Positions 10,682 to 22,613 are shown, numbered from the stretch's first letter. The stretch is DNA of 43,746 bases from an uncultured Thermococci archaeon (GCA_964615185.1 CAZTOS010000011.1:1-43746); one strand, 5' to 3'. Notes: a model not told the origin generated them from the sequence alone. Translations and numbers: made by a program.

Positions 10682-11134
10682 TCACCTCTTCAATATTCCC
10701 TTCTCCTCAAGGAACAGGTAGAGCTGGTGCTTGTTCTTGAACTGTCCACCTTTTGCTCTTATGTACAATCTCCTGTAGGTGTGAACATCTATCTTCTTCT
10801 CTGCCTTGAGCTTTCTAAGTTCTTTTCTCAATGCCCTGATGGTCATAATCCATCTCTCCTTCTTGCCCATTCTTGCTGTCTTTTTACCCTTTCTGCTTCC
10901 TGGCCCTCTGTGTCTTCCCTTCTTCCTCTGTTCGTGCCTTATCTTAGCCCTATAAGTGCTCTGTCCCTTGACTGGTTTTTTCTTAATGACTCCCTCTTTT
11001 ATCAAACGCTTAATATCTTCCCTTGTGATTGCAGATTTGACATCTTCAATTCTCTCAGGATCAATCCAGATTCTGTTCTCACCACATTTTAAAATCTCAG
11101 CGGCAATTCTTCTCTGCATCCTCATGACAATCAC
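10682..11134 (-). CDS. rpl19e: 50S ribosomal protein L19e
   Basis: [27 protein letters not shown]. Confidence 0.97.
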   Translation of the reverse strand: MIVMRMQRRIAAEILKCGENRIWIDPERIEDVKSAITREDIKRLIKEGVIKKKPVKGQSTYRAKIRHEQRKKGRHRGPGSRKGKKTARMGKKERWIMTIRALRKELRKLKAEKKIDVHTYRRLYIRAKGGQFKNKHQLYLFLEEKGILKR

Positions 11135-11511
11135 CCGTTAAGCACCTTAATACCTAACTCTTTTGCTCTCTCAATTATCATGACCCTCTTCTTCTTTCCA
11201 ACGGTTCTTGCAATCCTGGCTGCCTGTCTTGCTGGATCAAGGACTTCAAGCTCCTTAACGTTGTGAACTAACACTTCCTCATATCCACTTGGATGTAATC
11301 CACGAACGGCCCTTGGTGAACTCCACCCAATGCTTGGTGACCTTGGCTTACCCTTCTTCTTGAGCCTCATCTTACTGTCAATTCCCTTTGGCCTTCTCCA
11401 CTTTGGATCATTCTTGAACTTTGGAAAGCGCCACCATTCTTGTCTGAGGAATTTTGGCTTTTTCCTCTTGAGCTTTGCCCTAATTCTTAAGAGTCTCGCT
11501 TTTTCATTCAT
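11131..11511 (-). CDS. rpl32e: 50S ribosomal protein L32e
   Basis: [18 protein letters not shown]. Confidence 0.97.
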   Translation of the reverse strand: MNEKARLLRIRAKLKRKKPKFLRQEWWRFPKFKNDPKWRRPKGIDSKMRLKKKGKPRSPSIGWSSPRAVRGLHPSGYEEVLVHNVKELEVLDPARQAARIARTVGKKKRVMIIERAKELGIKVLNG

Positions 11512-11521
11512 TTCTCACACC

Positions 11522-12076
11522 TCAGAACTTTATAGGCTTGCCAGCCTTCTCAACAATGTAAATTCCATCTTGAAACACTCTTCTATCCCACTTTGTGATC
11601 CTCGTTGCCTGCTCAATGTTTGCCGCTGTTTGTCCAACCTTTTCTTTATCAATTCCTTCAACAACGATTTCCTGCCCCATGACCTTGACTTTAACTCCCG
11701 GCAATATTTGAGCAATCCTTGGAGCTTTTTCACCGAGGAAGTTCTCAATGATAACCTTGTCCCCTTGAACCTTAACAGTGACTGGGAAGTGGCTGTAAAC
11801 AACCTTAAGCTTGTAGGTGAATCCTTCAGTTACACCCTTAATCATGTTGTTTATGTGAGCTTTGAATGTTCTTGCAATCGCTATGTCCCTTCTCCTTGGA
11901 AAGTCCTTGTAAATCACAACCTTGCCGTCCTCTGTGAATATCTTGACCCCTGGATACTTCAGCTCTCTCTCAAGCTCTCCCTTTGGCCCCTTTACCTTGA
12001 CAACGTTATTTTCAACAGTGACTTCAACTCCCTCTGGAATTTCAACTTCTTCCCTTACCCACGCGTCAATTGGCAT
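11522..12076 (-). CDS. rpl6: 50S ribosomal protein L6
   Basis: [27 protein letters not shown]. Confidence 0.98.
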   Translation of the reverse strand: MPIDAWVREEVEIPEGVEVTVENNVVKVKGPKGELERELKYPGVKIFTEDGKVVIYKDFPRRRDIAIARTFKAHINNMIKGVTEGFTYKLKVVYSHFPVTVKVQGDKVIIENFLGEKAPRIAQILPGVKVKVMGQEIVVEGIDKEKVGQTAANIEQATRITKWDRRVFQDGIYIVEKAGKPIKF

Positions 12077-12086
12077 CTCTCTCACC

Positions 12087-12479
12087 TCAGTAGACGTAAG
12101 CTATCAGTCTTCCACCAATCCCCTTATCTCTTGCTTCCTTGTGGGTCATTACACCCTGGGATGTTGAGACTATCAGTATTCCAAACTCGAATGCTGGGAG
12201 GAATCTCTTCTCCCAGTACTCATAGTCTCTCGCCTTGACAGGGAATCTTGGCTTTATTGCACCAGCTTTGTTTATCTTGCCTATGAGCTGAACCCTATAA
12301 ATCCCAGCCCTTCCATCGTCAATGAACTCAAATTCACCGATGTAACCGTTCTCCTGCATGACCCTCAAAACTTCCCCAATAAGTTTTGAAGCTGGTTTTA
12401 TGTAAATCTCCTTCTTCCCAACCTTCTCACTGTTTGTAATATGTGATAGGGCATTTGCCAATGGGTCAAGTAAAGTCAT
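12087..12479 (-). CDS. rps8: 30S ribosomal protein S8
   Basis: [17 protein letters not shown]...GIGG.LIAYVY. Confidence 0.98.
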   Translation of the reverse strand: MTLLDPLANALSHITNSEKVGKKEIYIKPASKLIGEVLRVMQENGYIGEFEFIDDGRAGIYRVQLIGKINKAGAIKPRFPVKARDYEYWEKRFLPAFEFGILIVSTSQGVMTHKEARDKGIGGRLIAYVY

Positions 12480-12490
12480 CTTCTCTCACC

Positions 12491-12661
12491 TCACTCGTAT
12501 TTCCTAAACCCTAATTTTGGAGCTATCTCTCTAAAGCAGTGCCTGCACAACATAAGTCCGTGGATTCTAATTATTGGCCCATATTGTCCGCAGCGAATGC
12601 ACCTTCTCGCTCCTTTACCAAACTTTCTCGGCTTTCTCCTGTTGTAATCTGCCTTTGCCAT
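12491..12661 (-). CDS. rps14: 30S ribosomal protein S14 (zinc type), below the ORF-track cutoff
   Basis: Manual translation: [56 protein letters not shown]. Confidence 0.97.
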   Translation of the reverse strand: MAKADYNRRKPRKFGKGARRCIRCGQYGPIIRIHGLMLCRHCFREIAPKLGFRKYE

Positions 12662-12664
12662 CCA

Positions 12665-13216
12665 TCATCCCTCCACAATCTCAACGCCAAATTCCTCTTG
12701 CATGAAAACCATACCTTCCTCCTTTGTCAGCTTGTGTCTTGTGGGTATCTTGTGTCTCTTTCTCCTCCTTCTTGCAACCCTAAATCCTGGTCTTTCAAGT
12801 GTGACACAGACATCCATACCGAAGATACCAATCTCTGGATCGTACTCAACACCTGGAATGTTTATGTGTTCATCAATTCCAAAGCAGACGTTTCCGTGTT
12901 CATCAAAACTTGATGCTTTGAGCTTGTTGTCAACTGCTGCCAAAAGTCTCTTGAGCATTTCATATGCCTTCTTTCCTCTGAGTGTAACTTTTACAGCTAT
13001 TGGTTCCCCCCTTCTAATTCCAAAGTCTCTGTTTGTCTTCTTTGCCCTTCTCCTAATTGGTTTTTGCCCAACAAGTTGCTGGAGCATTGTCTCTGCTTTT
13101 GTTAACCTCTCTCCGCTCTCACCAACACCAATGTTGATTGTAACCTTAGCTATCCTTGGTCTTCTCATTGGATGAGCTTCCCAATCAGCTAAAATTTGCT
13201 CTCTATTTGCTATCAT
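12665..13216 (-). CDS. rpl5: 50S ribosomal protein L5
   Basis: [35 protein letters not shown]. Confidence 0.98.
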   Translation of the reverse strand: MIANREQILADWEAHPMRRPRIAKVTINIGVGESGERLTKAETMLQQLVGQKPIRRRAKKTNRDFGIRRGEPIAVKVTLRGKKAYEMLKRLLAAVDNKLKASSFDEHGNVCFGIDEHINIPGVEYDPEIGIFGMDVCVTLERPGFRVARRRRKRHKIPTRHKLTKEEGMVFMQEEFGVEIVEG

Positions 13217-13237
13217 TTCAATTCACCTCATGGCAAT

Positions 13238-13984
13238 TCATGGCAATGAAATCTCTGGCTTGTCCTTCCCAATAACAAAGGCATACTCTTTGAGTGTGTC
13301 GAAGAGCTCGCCTTCTTGGTCTTCAATTGTAACAACATCTGGCCAGCCCGCTGGGAAGTGTCTGACCTCAACTATCTTACCGATTCTTGCAACGTTTTTA
13401 CCCTGTGTAACGAAGACGTATGCACCGATTTCAAATGGAAGTACTTCGGTGATTTCTCTCTCCGGCATCTTCATGAGGACTGTATATGATGTCTTGAAGC
13501 GGTCTTTAACTTCATCGGTGAGTGAACTGAGCTTTACGAGATGGTTTGTTCCATCATGGAAGCCAATCTGAAGGTTCCCTCCCTTGACCATGATCTTTCT
13601 GTTAATTCTAAGCGGTTTTGTCTTAGCCTCTTCCTCGCTTATTGGATGAAGGATGAGCTTACCAATTCTGTTTGGTAAAACCCTGTAATGTTCACCAGTC
13701 TCTGGGATTGAAACAACATCCATAATTCCAACTGGGAACTTGTAGTCCTTTCTTGCCTTGCCGTCTACAAGGATTTTGCCTTCGTTGAGTATTTTTCTTG
13801 CTTCTCTTGCCGTTTTAGCATACCCCAGATAGTCTCTAACGATGTACAAGAGTGGAATTGATGTTCTCATGTTGTGCGGTCCTGGTCTTGGTCTCACAGC
13901 CCATTTGTGTGTTTTTCTCTCAATATACCATTGAGTCGGAGCAGCGAGCCTCTTTAAATGCCTCTTAGCACCCTTTCTTGCCAT
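13238..13984 (-). CDS. rps4e: 30S ribosomal protein S4e
   Basis: [22 protein letters not shown]. Confidence 0.98.
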   Translation of the reverse strand: MARKGAKRHLKRLAAPTQWYIERKTHKWAVRPRPGPHNMRTSIPLLYIVRDYLGYAKTAREARKILNEGKILVDGKARKDYKFPVGIMDVVSIPETGEHYRVLPNRIGKLILHPISEEEAKTKPLRINRKIMVKGGNLQIGFHDGTNHLVKLSSLTDEVKDRFKTSYTVLMKMPEREITEVLPFEIGAYVFVTQGKNVARIGKIVEVRHFPAGWPDVVTIEDQEGELFDTLKEYAFVIGKDKPEISLP

Positions 13985-13986
13985 AA

Positions 13987-14349
13987 TCAAGCCCTCCTCT
14001 CAATTATTCTTTTCCTTCTCTCATCATCAAGGTTAAGCTCAACAATCATGACGTTTGAGGGATGTATTGGGTAGAATACTTCGGTTCCATTGACCTTCTT
14101 AAGTGTAACTCCTTCAACATGTATCCTGTACTTCTTTAGGTCAACTTCAACTACTTTCCCTTCAATGCCCTTGTAATCCCCGCGCATAATTTTAACCTTG
14201 TCACCAGTTCTTATTGGCAGATTTCTTACCCCATATTTCTGCCTAAGCTCTGGTGATAGCGTGGCACTCATTATCTTGTACCTTAAGTGAAGAGGAGCAT
14301 TATACAAAAACTTTCTCTGCTTTTTTGGTTGCTTTGAGTTAAGTCTCAT
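13987..14349 (-). CDS. rpl24: 50S ribosomal protein L24
   Basis: [20 protein letters not shown] motif [10 protein letters not shown]. Confidence 0.97.
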   Translation of the reverse strand: MRLNSKQPKKQRKFLYNAPLHLRYKIMSATLSPELRQKYGVRNLPIRTGDKVKIMRGDYKGIEGKVVEVDLKKYRIHVEGVTLKKVNGTEVFYPIHPSNVMIVELNLDDERRKRIIERRA

Positions 14350-14359
14350 TTCTCTCACC

Positions 14360-14794
14360 TCACAATACTATGCTCGCGATACCTCCCAATCTAACCCATT
14401 TCTCAGCTGCTTCTCTTGCAATTGGCCCTCTAATTTCAGTTCCTCTTGGGACCCCATCCTCTGTCGTAATGACAGCCGCATTATCTTCAAACTTAACCCT
14501 CATTCCATCCAATCTTCTGTATTCTTTTCTTTGCCTAACGATGACTGCTCTAACGACTTGATGTCTCATGTCCGGTCTTCCCTTTTTAACCGTTGCAACT
14601 ACCATGTCTCCAACGCCTGCGGAAGCTAATCTTCTTCTAACACCGTGATACTCAACGACACCAATGATCTGGATTACCTTAGCGCCGCTGTTGTCAGCAA
14701 CCTTAAGGTAGGCACCAACGGGCAATGCTCTTGTGGGCCTTATAGGTGAAACACCCCTTGTTGCACCAGCACCTTTCTTTCCTCTCTTTGCCAT
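14360..14794 (-). CDS. rpl14: 50S ribosomal protein L14
   Basis: [15 protein letters not shown]. Confidence 0.98.
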   Translation of the reverse strand: MAKRGKKGAGATRGVSPIRPTRALPVGAYLKVADNSGAKVIQIIGVVEYHGVRRRLASAGVGDMVVATVKKGRPDMRHQVVRAVIVRQRKEYRRLDGMRVKFEDNAAVITTEDGVPRGTEIRGPIAREAAEKWVRLGGIASIVL

Positions 14795-14799
14795 CATAC

Positions 14800-15135
14800 T
14801 CACCTCTTTTCAGCCTTCTGCAGAACTGCCACAACAACAAAGTGCTTTGTCTTGCTTAATGGTCTTGTTTCCGCAATTAACACCTTATCACCGGCTTTAG
14901 CATTGACACATGGAGGGTTATGGGCGTGGATTTTGCTTCTTCTGAGCTCGTATCTTTCATACTTTCTAAGATAGTGGTAGTACTGTCTTTCAACTGTAAC
15001 TGTCCTTCTTGGCTTGTCACTGACCACTATTCCCTCAAATACTCTACCATGGATTTTTAAGTGCCCATGCCAGGGGCACTTTGGATCGTCACATTTTTCA
15101 GCAGGAGGTTGAATCCTCAACCCAATGTCTCTCAT
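14800..15135 (-). CDS. rps17: 30S ribosomal protein S17
   Basis: [19 protein letters not shown]. Confidence 0.97.
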   Translation of the reverse strand: MRDIGLRIQPPAEKCDDPKCPWHGHLKIHGRVFEGIVVSDKPRRTVTVERQYYHYLRKYERYELRRSKIHAHNPPCVNAKAGDKVLIAETRPLSKTKHFVVVAVLQKAEKR

Positions 15136-15509
15136 CTTTTCCACCTCTTTTTCAATCTCATCTCGGGTCTTCCAATCAGTTTCTTTCCATCAATTACGAT
15201 TTTTTTATCGCCAACTTCAAACTCAAATTCAGCAACGTTCTTAGGGATTATCCAAACCTTCTCCCCGACGATTGTGAGCGTATTTTTTGTCTCATCTATT
15301 ACATAACCTTCAATGCCAACCAGCTCTGGATGAGAGCTTTTCCTGACCTTTACCTTCAGTCCTATCAGCTCATGCCATATTAATGTTTTCTTGGTCACTC
15401 GATTTCGATTAAGTCCTCTGAAAATCCATACTCTGCCAACAATTGCTTGACCTTTTCTCTGTGGTCCCCTTGAAGCTCTATTCTTCCTTTCTTTACTGTT
15501 CCTCCGCAT
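15132..15509 (-). CDS. rnp1: RNase P protein subunit Rpp29/Pop4
   Basis: [29 protein letters not shown]; start uncertain because it overlaps SUI1. Confidence 0.92.
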   Translation of the reverse strand: MRRNSKERKNRASRGPQRKGQAIVGRVWIFRGLNRNRVTKKTLIWHELIGLKVKVRKSSHPELVGIEGYVIDETKNTLTIVGEKVWIIPKNVAEFEFEVGDKKIVIDGKKLIGRPEMRLKKRWKR

Positions 15510-15694
15510 GCCAGCTTCGCCTTCAGCTTTTTTGCAATTTCCTCAAGGTCGAACTCCTTCTCATCTATACCTTCAATTATTGTCTTCAGCTTTCCATACC
15601 TTGCACGCTCAATATACACCCTAATCCTCTGCTGCTCTTTCAATACCTCCTTAAATAACATCTCATCCAGAGGGTTTACTATCCTTGGCACCAA
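15395..15694 (-). CDS. Translation initiation factor SUI1 / aIF1 homolog
   Basis: [31 protein letters not shown] start. Confidence 0.95.
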   Translation of the reverse strand: MVPRIVNPLDEMLFKEVLKEQQRIRVYIERARYGKLKTIIEGIDEKEFDLEEIAKKLKAKLACGGTVKKGRIELQGDHREKVKQLLAEYGFSEDLIEIE

Positions 15695-15697
15695 ACA

Positions 15698-15898
15698 TCA
15701 CCTTCTTTCTCTCAACTTCTCCCTCTTAATTGTTAACAAACGGGCTATATCCCGTCTTAGGTTCCTAATGACCATTGGATTCTCCAGAGATGTTCCCATT
15801 GTGAGCATTCCTCTCTCCTTAGCAAGTTCAAGCCTAAGCTCTCTGATTTTCTGCTCAATCTCTTCCAAGCTCATCTCTCTAATTTCACTGGGCTTCAT
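15698..15898 (-). CDS. rpl29: 50S ribosomal protein L29
   Basis: [20 protein letters not shown]. Confidence 0.97.
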   Translation of the reverse strand: MKPSEIREMSLEEIEQKIRELRLELAKERGMLTMGTSLENPMVIRNLRRDIARLLTIKREKLRERR

Positions 15899-16518
15899 TG
15901 TTCGCTCACCTCTTCCTCAATTGGCTTCTCAATAATTTCAATTTCATCTGGAAGCTTTGCCTCTGGCGGCATTATCGCAACTTTAACCCCAATAACACCA
16001 AGTTTGAGCAAAGCCTGTGCGTATCCCTTGCTGACCAAAGTTTCAGCTGGGTTTCCAACCTTTGCAAGGTAGCCTTGGTAGAATCTAACGCTCTTTGCTC
16101 TCTCACCTGTAAGCTTTCCGCTTAAGCGAATCTCGACACCTTTTGCACCGTTTCTCATAATTGCCCTAATTGCTGCATAGGCAGCCCTTCTGAAGTGAAC
16201 TCCTCTCTCCAAAGCTTGAGCAAGCCTAACAGCCTGAACCTTTGCGTTTAGATAGGGATTCTTAATTTCCTCGACTTCAATCTGTGGGTTTTCTAATCCA
16301 AATTGTCTCTCAAGAACTCTTGTAAGCTCTCTGATTCTTCTTCCACCTCTACCTATAACGTAACCTGGATTCGCTGCAAAGATTATAACCTTTGTTCCAA
16401 GAGGTGTCTTTTTAACATCCAAACCTCCATAACCTGCTCTCCTTAATTCCTTTTCAAGGTATTCGTCGATGAGCATTTCTTTAACTGCCTCTCTAATGAA
16501 GTATCTCTCAATAGCCAT
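15895..16518 (-). CDS. rps3: 30S ribosomal protein S3
   Basis: KH motif [18 protein letters not shown]. Confidence 0.98.
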   Translation of the reverse strand: MAIERYFIREAVKEMLIDEYLEKELRRAGYGGLDVKKTPLGTKVIIFAANPGYVIGRGGRRIRELTRVLERQFGLENPQIEVEEIKNPYLNAKVQAVRLAQALERGVHFRRAAYAAIRAIMRNGAKGVEIRLSGKLTGERAKSVRFYQGYLAKVGNPAETLVSKGYAQALLKLGVIGVKVAIMPPEAKLPDEIEIIEKPIEEEVSEQ

Positions 16519-16522
16519 GAAC

Positions 16523-16993
16523 TCACCTCCTTACCTCTTCAACAACTATCTCAATGTGTGTTGTCTCCTCATTGAATGGTGTGGCCCTTCCGAAAGCCCT
16601 TGGAATGTAACCTCTGAGCACTGGGCCTCTGTGGGCTGCTGCATGGATGACCTTAAGCTTATCTGGATCGAGTCCCTTCTGCTCTGCGTTGTTCCTTGCA
16701 TTTAAAAGAACTTTCTTTATTGCCTTTGCAACCTTGACTGGATATCTTCCCGGTCCAAAACCTTTCCCTCTCTTGTGTCCTTGTGAGTCGTTGAATCTTC
16801 TCAATGGAACCGGTCTCTTCATTGCAATTACATCATCAAGGAATTTTATTGCATCGTTGAGCATCATCCCCTTAATCTCCCTGCATATTTCAACTGAAAA
16901 CTTTGGTGAGATCCTCAAATCTCTCCCACTAGCCCTTGCCATCCTCTCTGGATCAAAATTTTGGAAAGAGTAGCCAAATCTTCCTCTGGGCAT
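16523..16993 (-). CDS. rpl22: 50S ribosomal protein L22
   Basis: ISPK, GRYPVK, PRAFGRA. Confidence 0.98.
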   Translation of the reverse strand: MPRGRFGYSFQNFDPERMARASGRDLRISPKFSVEICREIKGMMLNDAIKFLDDVIAMKRPVPLRRFNDSQGHKRGKGFGPGRYPVKVAKAIKKVLLNARNNAEQKGLDPDKLKVIHAAAHRGPVLRGYIPRAFGRATPFNEETTHIEIVVEEVRR

Positions 16994-17003
16994 TTATACC
17001 ACC

Positions 17004-17402
17004 TCACTTGATTGCAACGAACATTGATGATCTTGTTGCACCAACACCAGGTGAACCATGCTGGACTTTCTTTCTTGTTAATGCAAACTCACCTAAGTAG
17101 TGTCCTATCATCTCTGGCTTTATTTCAACGGGCACGAACTCTTTTCCATTGTGAACGTAGAGTGTTATTCCAACCATCTCTGGGAGAATAACCATGTCTC
17201 TGCAGTGTGTTCTAATCGGCTTCTTGTACTTGCCCTTCTTAGCCAATCTAATCTTTCTTAAGAGCTTCTTTTGCTCTGGGCTAAATCCTCTCTTTAAACT
17301 CCTCCTCTGTCTTGAAGGGAAAAGCTCAGCTACCTTATCAAGAGGCATGTTTAAAAGCTCTTCAAGGGTGTAACCGCGATATCTAAACTCCCTTCTTGCC
17401 AT
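17004..17402 (-). CDS. rps19: 30S ribosomal protein S19
   Basis: [22 protein letters not shown]. Confidence 0.98.
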   Translation of the reverse strand: MARREFRYRGYTLEELLNMPLDKVAELFPSRQRRSLKRGFSPEQKKLLRKIRLAKKGKYKKPIRTHCRDMVILPEMVGITLYVHNGKEFVPVEIKPEMIGHYLGEFALTRKKVQHGSPGVGATRSSMFVAIK

Positions 17403-17412
17403 TCAAATCACC

Positions 17413-18132
17413 TCACTTTCTTCTACCCGTTCTTCTCGCAGCGATATGACCAACCTTTCTTCCGGGTGGGGCTCTCCTTGAAACTGTGCTTGGCCTACCA
17501 ATGTGGTGCTCCTTACCACCGTGTGGGTGGTTCACAGCGTTCATCTTGACACCTCTTGGCTTTGGCCAGAACCTGTTCCTTGCTTTCATAACGTAATATG
17601 CCTTACCCGCCTTAACTAATGGCTTCTCTAACCTTCCACCACCAGCAACGACACCAATTGTTGCCCTGCACATTGGGTTGAAGGCTTTAAGCTCACCGCT
17701 CGGCAGTTGAACAATGACTTTGTCCTTTTCCCTTGAAACAACCAGTGCATAACTACCACCAGCTCTGACGAACTTTCCTCCATCTCCTGGAACTGCCTCA
17801 ATGTCATAAACGTAAGTTCCCTCGGGAATCATTGCCAATGGAAGTGTGTTGCCTATCTTGATTGGTGCGTTTGGTCCGATGGCTATTTCATCTCCAACCA
17901 AAAGTCCTTCTGGAGCTATGATGAGCTTCTCAAGACCGTTCTCAAACTTAACCCTTGCAACTGGTGCTGTTCTTCCAGGATCGTGGAGGATTTCAACGAC
18001 CTTACCAACGAGAGTCTTCTCCTTTGTCAGGTTGAGGGGAACATATCTTACAGCTCCCCTATACCTGTGAGATGGAGCTCTGAAAGTTGTACTTCCTTTA
18101 CCTCTCCTCTGTTGAATCAAACTCTTACCCAT
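17413..18132 (-). CDS. rpl2: 50S ribosomal protein L2
   Basis: [19 protein letters not shown]. Confidence 0.98.
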   Translation of the reverse strand: MGKSLIQQRRGKGSTTFRAPSHRYRGAVRYVPLNLTKEKTLVGKVVEILHDPGRTAPVARVKFENGLEKLIIAPEGLLVGDEIAIGPNAPIKIGNTLPLAMIPEGTYVYDIEAVPGDGGKFVRAGGSYALVVSREKDKVIVQLPSGELKAFNPMCRATIGVVAGGGRLEKPLVKAGKAYYVMKARNRFWPKPRGVKMNAVNHPHGGKEHHIGRPSTVSRRAPPGRKVGHIAARRTGRRK

Positions 18133-18143
18133 TCTCACCCACC

Positions 18144-18404
18144 TCAGAACAATCCTATTCTGGCAGCAATTTCACTTGCGTTGTACTCAGGCTTGAGCTT
18201 AACATATGCTTTCTTCTCGCCTTTCATTGTAATAAGTGTATTGACCTTTTCAACTTTAACCTTGTAAATTTCCTCCACAGCCCTTTTGATGTCTTGCTTT
18301 GTAGCTCTTCTGTCAACGATGAATGTGAGCTTGTTCTCTCTTTCAATCAGTGACACAGCTTTTTCTGTAACGACAGGTCTTATAATAACCTTGTACGGAT
18401 CCAT
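18144..18404 (-). CDS. rpl23: 50S ribosomal protein L23
   Basis: PVVTEKA, KVNTL, KKAYVKL. Confidence 0.97.
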   Translation of the reverse strand: MDPYKVIIRPVVTEKAVSLIERENKLTFIVDRRATKQDIKRAVEEIYKVKVEKVNTLITMKGEKKAYVKLKPEYNASEIAARIGLF

Positions 18405-18409
18405 CTTCA

Positions 18410-19177
18410 TCACCCGTAAATCTCCCTCAATCTCTCAATTGCTCCCTTTGTCCACACGGTTAGTCTTCCGGGGTGTGTACCTGGAGCAAGCATCTCAACT
18501 CCAAGGTTGTCAACTAATACAACATCAACACCTGGGTGGTTCCTTGCGCCCAAGAGTATTCCTTCATTCTTCGCAACGACAATGAGCGGTCCCTTAGCCT
18601 TCTTGTATCTCCTTCCTCTCATCTTACCTTTTCCAGCCCTAACCTTTGTGTTCTTCTTAGCCCTCTCAATGTCGTCCCAAATGCCAAGCTTCTTGAATAT
18701 CTCCCTTGTCTCCCTTGTCTTGCCTATCTTCTCGAGCTCATCCTCAACGATGAGCGGAATCTGTGGAACGTTGTCAACTATGTGTCCTCTTGCTCTAACC
18801 AAATCATAGTTAGCTGTTGCTGCAATTGCACTCATGAGAGCAAGCTTCTTCTCTTTCTTGTTGATATCCTCCCAGATTACCTTCTCGACCTTTGGTGGGT
18901 GAGCCCTTCTACCGCCCCTTGCAAATGGCACAAATGCAGCAAACCTTGGAGCAGTCTTTATTCTTTCAACTCTTGCCATTCCGTGACCCTTACCAATGTT
19001 CTCTGTGACCCTTCTCTTACCAGCCATTGGATCTCTACCTTGGGGCTGAATTCTGTGTGTCCATGAAGCGATGACCGCTCTCCTAATCAAATCTGGTCTA
19101 AAGGGAGTCTCAAATACTTTGGGCAACTCAATTTCCTCAATTGGCTCGCCGTTGAGTGAAAATACCTTAACCTTCAT
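18410..19177 (-). CDS. rpl4: 50S ribosomal protein L4
   Basis: [28 protein letters not shown]. Confidence 0.98.
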   Translation of the reverse strand: MKVKVFSLNGEPIEEIELPKVFETPFRPDLIRRAVIASWTHRIQPQGRDPMAGKRRVTENIGKGHGMARVERIKTAPRFAAFVPFARGGRRAHPPKVEKVIWEDINKKEKKLALMSAIAATANYDLVRARGHIVDNVPQIPLIVEDELEKIGKTRETREIFKKLGIWDDIERAKKNTKVRAGKGKMRGRRYKKAKGPLIVVAKNEGILLGARNHPGVDVVLVDNLGVEMLAPGTHPGRLTVWTKGAIERLREIYG

Positions 19178-19187
19178 CTAACTCACC

Positions 19188-20228
19188 TCATTGCTTTGAT
19201 TCCCTACTAACGTATGTAATCTGTGGTCTCTCAACAGGTGGCTTCTTAGCTGGTGGTCTAATTGCTGGTCTAACTCTAATGATTCTCTTAATTGCACCGG
19301 GGATTGAGCCTGTAATCATGAGGAAGTCACTCCTAACGATTCCATAGTGTGGGAAGCCGCCCTTTGGTGTAATCTCAATCTTGTTTCCATTAAGCTCAAG
19401 AACTCCGTTCTCTCCAATAGCAATTAATCTCTTGTTGAACTCTGTTCTGTGGTGAAAGCCCATCTGACCAGCTTGTGGAACTGTCCACATAACCCTTGCT
19501 GGGTGCCATGGGCCGAGGTTACCCACATGCCTTCCCTTTCCAGCTCTCTGAGCCTTATGGAATTGAACTTTGATTCCCCATCTCTTAACTGGACCTTGGG
19601 TTCCTTTGCCCTTTGTGACAGCTATAACATCAAGGAGTTCACCCTCCTTGAGGACTTCCTTTGCCCTGATTTCCTTTCCAAGCTTCTCCTTGAGATATGC
19701 AAACTTCTCTTCCACGCTCTTTCCACCAACGGCGTACTCCATAACTTCCGGCTTCTTCTTGAGCTTGATAAGCCTTGGCTGAGTGTGAACCAAAGCCCTA
19801 ACTTCGACGATTTCACCGCTCTTAACGAGGTCTTCAAGCTCGCCAAGCTTCTGCTGGAATGCCTCTTCATCGTAGTTCTTTGGAAGTGTTTTGATTCTTC
19901 TCTTTAAGTCTGGGTTGAGATTCGGAATCCAGACCTCTGTCGCTGTTTCAAGACCAAGATAGCCTTGCTTGTATGCTCTGATTCCAAAGACAACCATTGG
20001 TGGAGTCTCAACTATTGTAACCGGCATGAATATTTCTTTGCCCTTTGTAAGCCCTGGTCTGTCGTCTATCATGAGTATGTGGGTCATTCCTGCCTTGTAG
20101 CCAGCGAATCCGAGTAATCTTACCTCATCTTCCTGAGGCCACTTTCTAATTCTCGGAACTATGCTCTTAGCCCTTTTTCTTGGGGAATACGCCAATGAAC
20201 CTCTTCTTGGCTTGCTAATCTTACCCAT
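19188..20228 (-). CDS. rpl3: 50S ribosomal protein L3
   Basis: [24 protein letters not shown]. Confidence 0.98.
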   Translation of the reverse strand: MGKISKPRRGSLAYSPRKRAKSIVPRIRKWPQEDEVRLLGFAGYKAGMTHILMIDDRPGLTKGKEIFMPVTIVETPPMVVFGIRAYKQGYLGLETATEVWIPNLNPDLKRRIKTLPKNYDEEAFQQKLGELEDLVKSGEIVEVRALVHTQPRLIKLKKKPEVMEYAVGGKSVEEKFAYLKEKLGKEIRAKEVLKEGELLDVIAVTKGKGTQGPVKRWGIKVQFHKAQRAGKGRHVGNLGPWHPARVMWTVPQAGQMGFHHRTEFNKRLIAIGENGVLELNGNKIEITPKGGFPHYGIVRSDFLMITGSIPGAIKRIIRVRPAIRPPAKKPPVERPQITYVSRESKQ

Positions 20229-20229
20229 A

Positions 20230-21006
20230 TCAATCCCTCCTTATGAAATTAAACACGGCCAAAGTCGCCAACACGGCTTCTTCGGTTCTAACGGTTTTCG
20301 TCTTTTGATTTGGAATCGTATTGAGGATTAGATCAAAGGGATAATCCTCATTGAAGTCTCTCAGGATCTCCATCACACCCTTTCTCGGCGATCCGAACAC
20401 GAATCCGATTTCCCCCTCCAGTGGAGGGAGCTTAACTTTTCTTACATCCTCACCTTTACGTGAGGTCGCGATTGCTAAGTCAAGTCTTGCCTTTTTAAGT
20501 GTTTTTGCTAATGTTTTGTTCGTGAGATGAACCCTATATCCCCAGTATTCAAGGGGTTTTGCTGGAACCACCTTCAAGGGATTCACTGAGACTATTTTGA
20601 ATGTCATTCGTCCTTCTCCAGAGCCTTCAACGAGAGCGAGCTCCTCAAGGCCAATGTCCGCGTAAAGCCGCTTTCCCTTTTTAATGATTACGCCCTCCCG
20701 AATCTCCCCCAGCTTAGGTCTTCCTTTGAGCTTATGGTGGGGGGTTCTTAGAGGAGGGATCACTCCAACATACTTGAGTTCTTTCCTTATAGGAAACAAT
20801 GCTTTGCGGAGATATTGGGGAGTTTCCGCGTATTCAAGGATCAGCTTTATGAACTTTCCATCCTTGCCACCTGCTTTGTAAATCCATATGTGCTCAACGC
20901 CGAAGATTGCGGCTGCCCTTGCTATCTGTCCAACCTTGTATGTCCTTATTTTCGGGTCAGCTGTCTCTTCAAGGAGTGAATCTGGAATGAAGATGTGCAG
21001 GGTCAT
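20230..21006 (-). CDS. Putative SPOUT-family RNA methyltransferase (DUF171-like)
   Basis: [37 protein letters not shown]; typical first gene before L3. Confidence 0.88.
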   Translation of the reverse strand: MTLHIFIPDSLLEETADPKIRTYKVGQIARAAAIFGVEHIWIYKAGGKDGKFIKLILEYAETPQYLRKALFPIRKELKYVGVIPPLRTPHHKLKGRPKLGEIREGVIIKKGKRLYADIGLEELALVEGSGEGRMTFKIVSVNPLKVVPAKPLEYWGYRVHLTNKTLAKTLKKARLDLAIATSRKGEDVRKVKLPPLEGEIGFVFGSPRKGVMEILRDFNEDYPFDLILNTIPNQKTKTVRTEEAVLATLAVFNFIRRD

Positions 21007-21062
21007 TTTTGCTCATCCTTCACTTATACACATGGGGAAGCTGTGATGGAGTAAAAGGAAAG

Positions 21063-21079
21063 TATTTAAAAGGCTTTCG
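21063..21079 (-). promoter_or_regulatory. BRE/TATA promoter of the ribosomal superoperon
   Basis: Minus strand CGAAAGCC-TTTTAAATA about 57 nt upstream of the first start codon. Confidence 0.65.
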
Positions 21080-21136
21080 AACCCTTCCACCCTTTTTCTG
21101 TCTTTGAAGTGTGAAAAATTTTTGCAAAGGGACAAC

Positions 21137-21246
21137 AAGGGGGCTCCGCCCCCTTATCTTCCTCTACCTTCAATCCCCCGTAGTGGAGCTCCGCTCCACA
21201 CCTCACTTTTTCTCATCTATCGGGGGCTATCACCCCTCAGCCCCAT
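21137..21246 (-). repeat. Left copy of a diverged three-hairpin inverted repeat
   Basis: Aligns in inverted orientation with 22593-22715; hairpins GGGGT-GATA-GCCCC, GTGGAGC-GGA-GCTCCAC, AAGGGGGC-GGA-GCCCCCTT. Confidence 0.8.
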
Positions 21247-21305
21247 AAAATCAAAAAGCGAAGGGGTTAAATACAATTTGACCTAAACCTCAAATGGGTG
21301 TGAGA

Positions 21306-21493
21306 ATGGAGGATATCGAATATATATATGACAAACATGGACGGATCAAAGGTGTTATCATCCCCCAGAACTGTGGGAGAAATTAAAGGGTAGGCTCTTT
21401 GAGCCGTCAAGGTATCGGGGCATATATCGCGGTAAAAAGAACATAAAAGAGAGCTTGAAGGAGCTGAGGGAAGAATGGGAGAGAGATTTTTGA
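21306..21493 (+). pseudogene. VapB-like antitoxin, frameshifted in a C5 run
   Basis: MEDIEYIYDKHGRIKGVIIP / ELWEKLKGRLFEPSRYRGIYRGKKNIKESLKELREEWERDF*; restored by one extra C at 21362-21366; TTAAATA box at 21267. Confidence 0.65.
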
Positions 21494-21528
21494 TTGATAC
21501 AAATACTCTTATCCACTATCTTGCTTGA
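21475..21528 (+). pseudogene. N-terminal remnant of a PIN-domain (VapC) toxin
   Basis: MGERFLIDTNTLIHYLA* carries the PIN DTN start motif and overlaps the antitoxin 3' end. Confidence 0.65.
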
Positions 21529-21620
21529 ATTATTCCCAACTAAGGGTTTTGGTTTTTCAGAGATTTATGAAGAGGAGTAGGGAAAGGCTTATTTCTTTTG
21601 AGGATGAAATTTAATTGGTG

Positions 21621-22613
21621 ATGTCTTTGCTTCTGCCTTTGATCGGGATGTTTATTTTCGGCGGGAAGAAGGAAGAAGAGGAGGGTAGCGTAGACCAAGA
21701 ACTCAGATGTATTGTGGCGGGAATCATGTCCTCACCCGGAGAGGGCCTATATCATCTTCTGGCGAGGGCATCACCGGATGGAGACGTAGAGAAGATAAAG
21801 AAAATGCTCGCACACAACGTGGCATACAACGCACCAGGGGCAATTATAGAGGCGAAATACTGGGGAATATATGTCAAAACAGAGGATATGCATCACGAAA
21901 TCATAGCCGCACACTATCCCATATTACATGCGTTCCTGACGCTGGCACTGGCATGTCATACCGGGAGCTACAGTCCAATAGCAGCAGGTACAGTGGGGGG
22001 AATACTGTCCGCAGCATACCAGACAAAGGCCGATTATTCTGAACTGAAGAAAAGAAAGGAAAGACTTGCGAGGACAATAGCAAGGGAGGCAAAAAAACGT
22101 GGAATAACAACGGATGAAGAAAAGACAGCAAAGATTATGGAAGAAGCGTTCGACAAAGCATTCAATATTATAGACAAAATCGCACCAGACTACAGAAGGG
22201 ATAATCTTGTAATACTCGAAAGAACAATAAGCTCTGAGACAGACGATCCTTCCGTTGTTCTCAGGAATGCAGGCATCGACATAGAGCCAGAACTTGAAGA
22301 GTTCAGGCAGTTCTTGGCGGAAATCTCTGGCAAGAAGATAGAACCGAAGAAGCCACCTGGAACAGCAAAATCTCAAACTATCCCAGCAGAAGTCCTTGCC
22401 ATTGTAATGGGACTCAAATTTGCAGGCTATTCTGAGGAAGCTCTAAAGAAAGCCGAAGAGGAAATAATCCATAGGCTCGATGCCCTCATAGAACATAACA
22501 TAGAAAAGAACACCCTTAAAATTGCTTACTATTTTGCTCTGCTGAGGTTGATTCAAAAAAGAGAACTGGAAAAAATCGAAAGGATCTTCATCATGGGAGG
22601 TGAGGGGCGTTAG
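21621..22613 (+). CDS. Hypothetical protein of about 330 aa, probably helical, with a hydrophobic N-terminus
   Basis: Long open frame with purine-rich coding bias; no family motif recognised. Confidence 0.8.
   Translation: MSLLLPLIGMFIFGGKKEEEEGSVDQELRCIVAGIMSSPGEGLYHLLARASPDGDVEKIKKMLAHNVAYNAPGAIIEAKYWGIYVKTEDMHHEIIAAHYPILHAFLTLALACHTGSYSPIAAGTVGGILSAAYQTKADYSELKKRKERLARTIAREAKKRGITTDEEKTAKIMEEAFDKAFNIIDKIAPDYRRDNLVILERTISSETDDPSVVLRNAGIDIEPELEEFRQFLAEISGKKIEPKKPPGTAKSQTIPAEVLAIVMGLKFAGYSEEALKKAEEEIIHRLDALIEHNIEKNTLKIAYYFALLRLIQKRELEKIERIFIMGGEGR

Noticed and set aside
11330..12238. 302-aa plus-strand ORF and the many other antisense ORFs across the operon
   Set aside because: They are antisense shadows of well-supported genes, with Ser/Leu/Phe-rich composition and no motifs
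21104..21286. Short ORF sharing peptides (PYLPLPSI, YRGL.PL) with ORF 22443-22742
   Set aside because: The similarity just reflects the DNA inverted repeat; starts and lengths are not conserved
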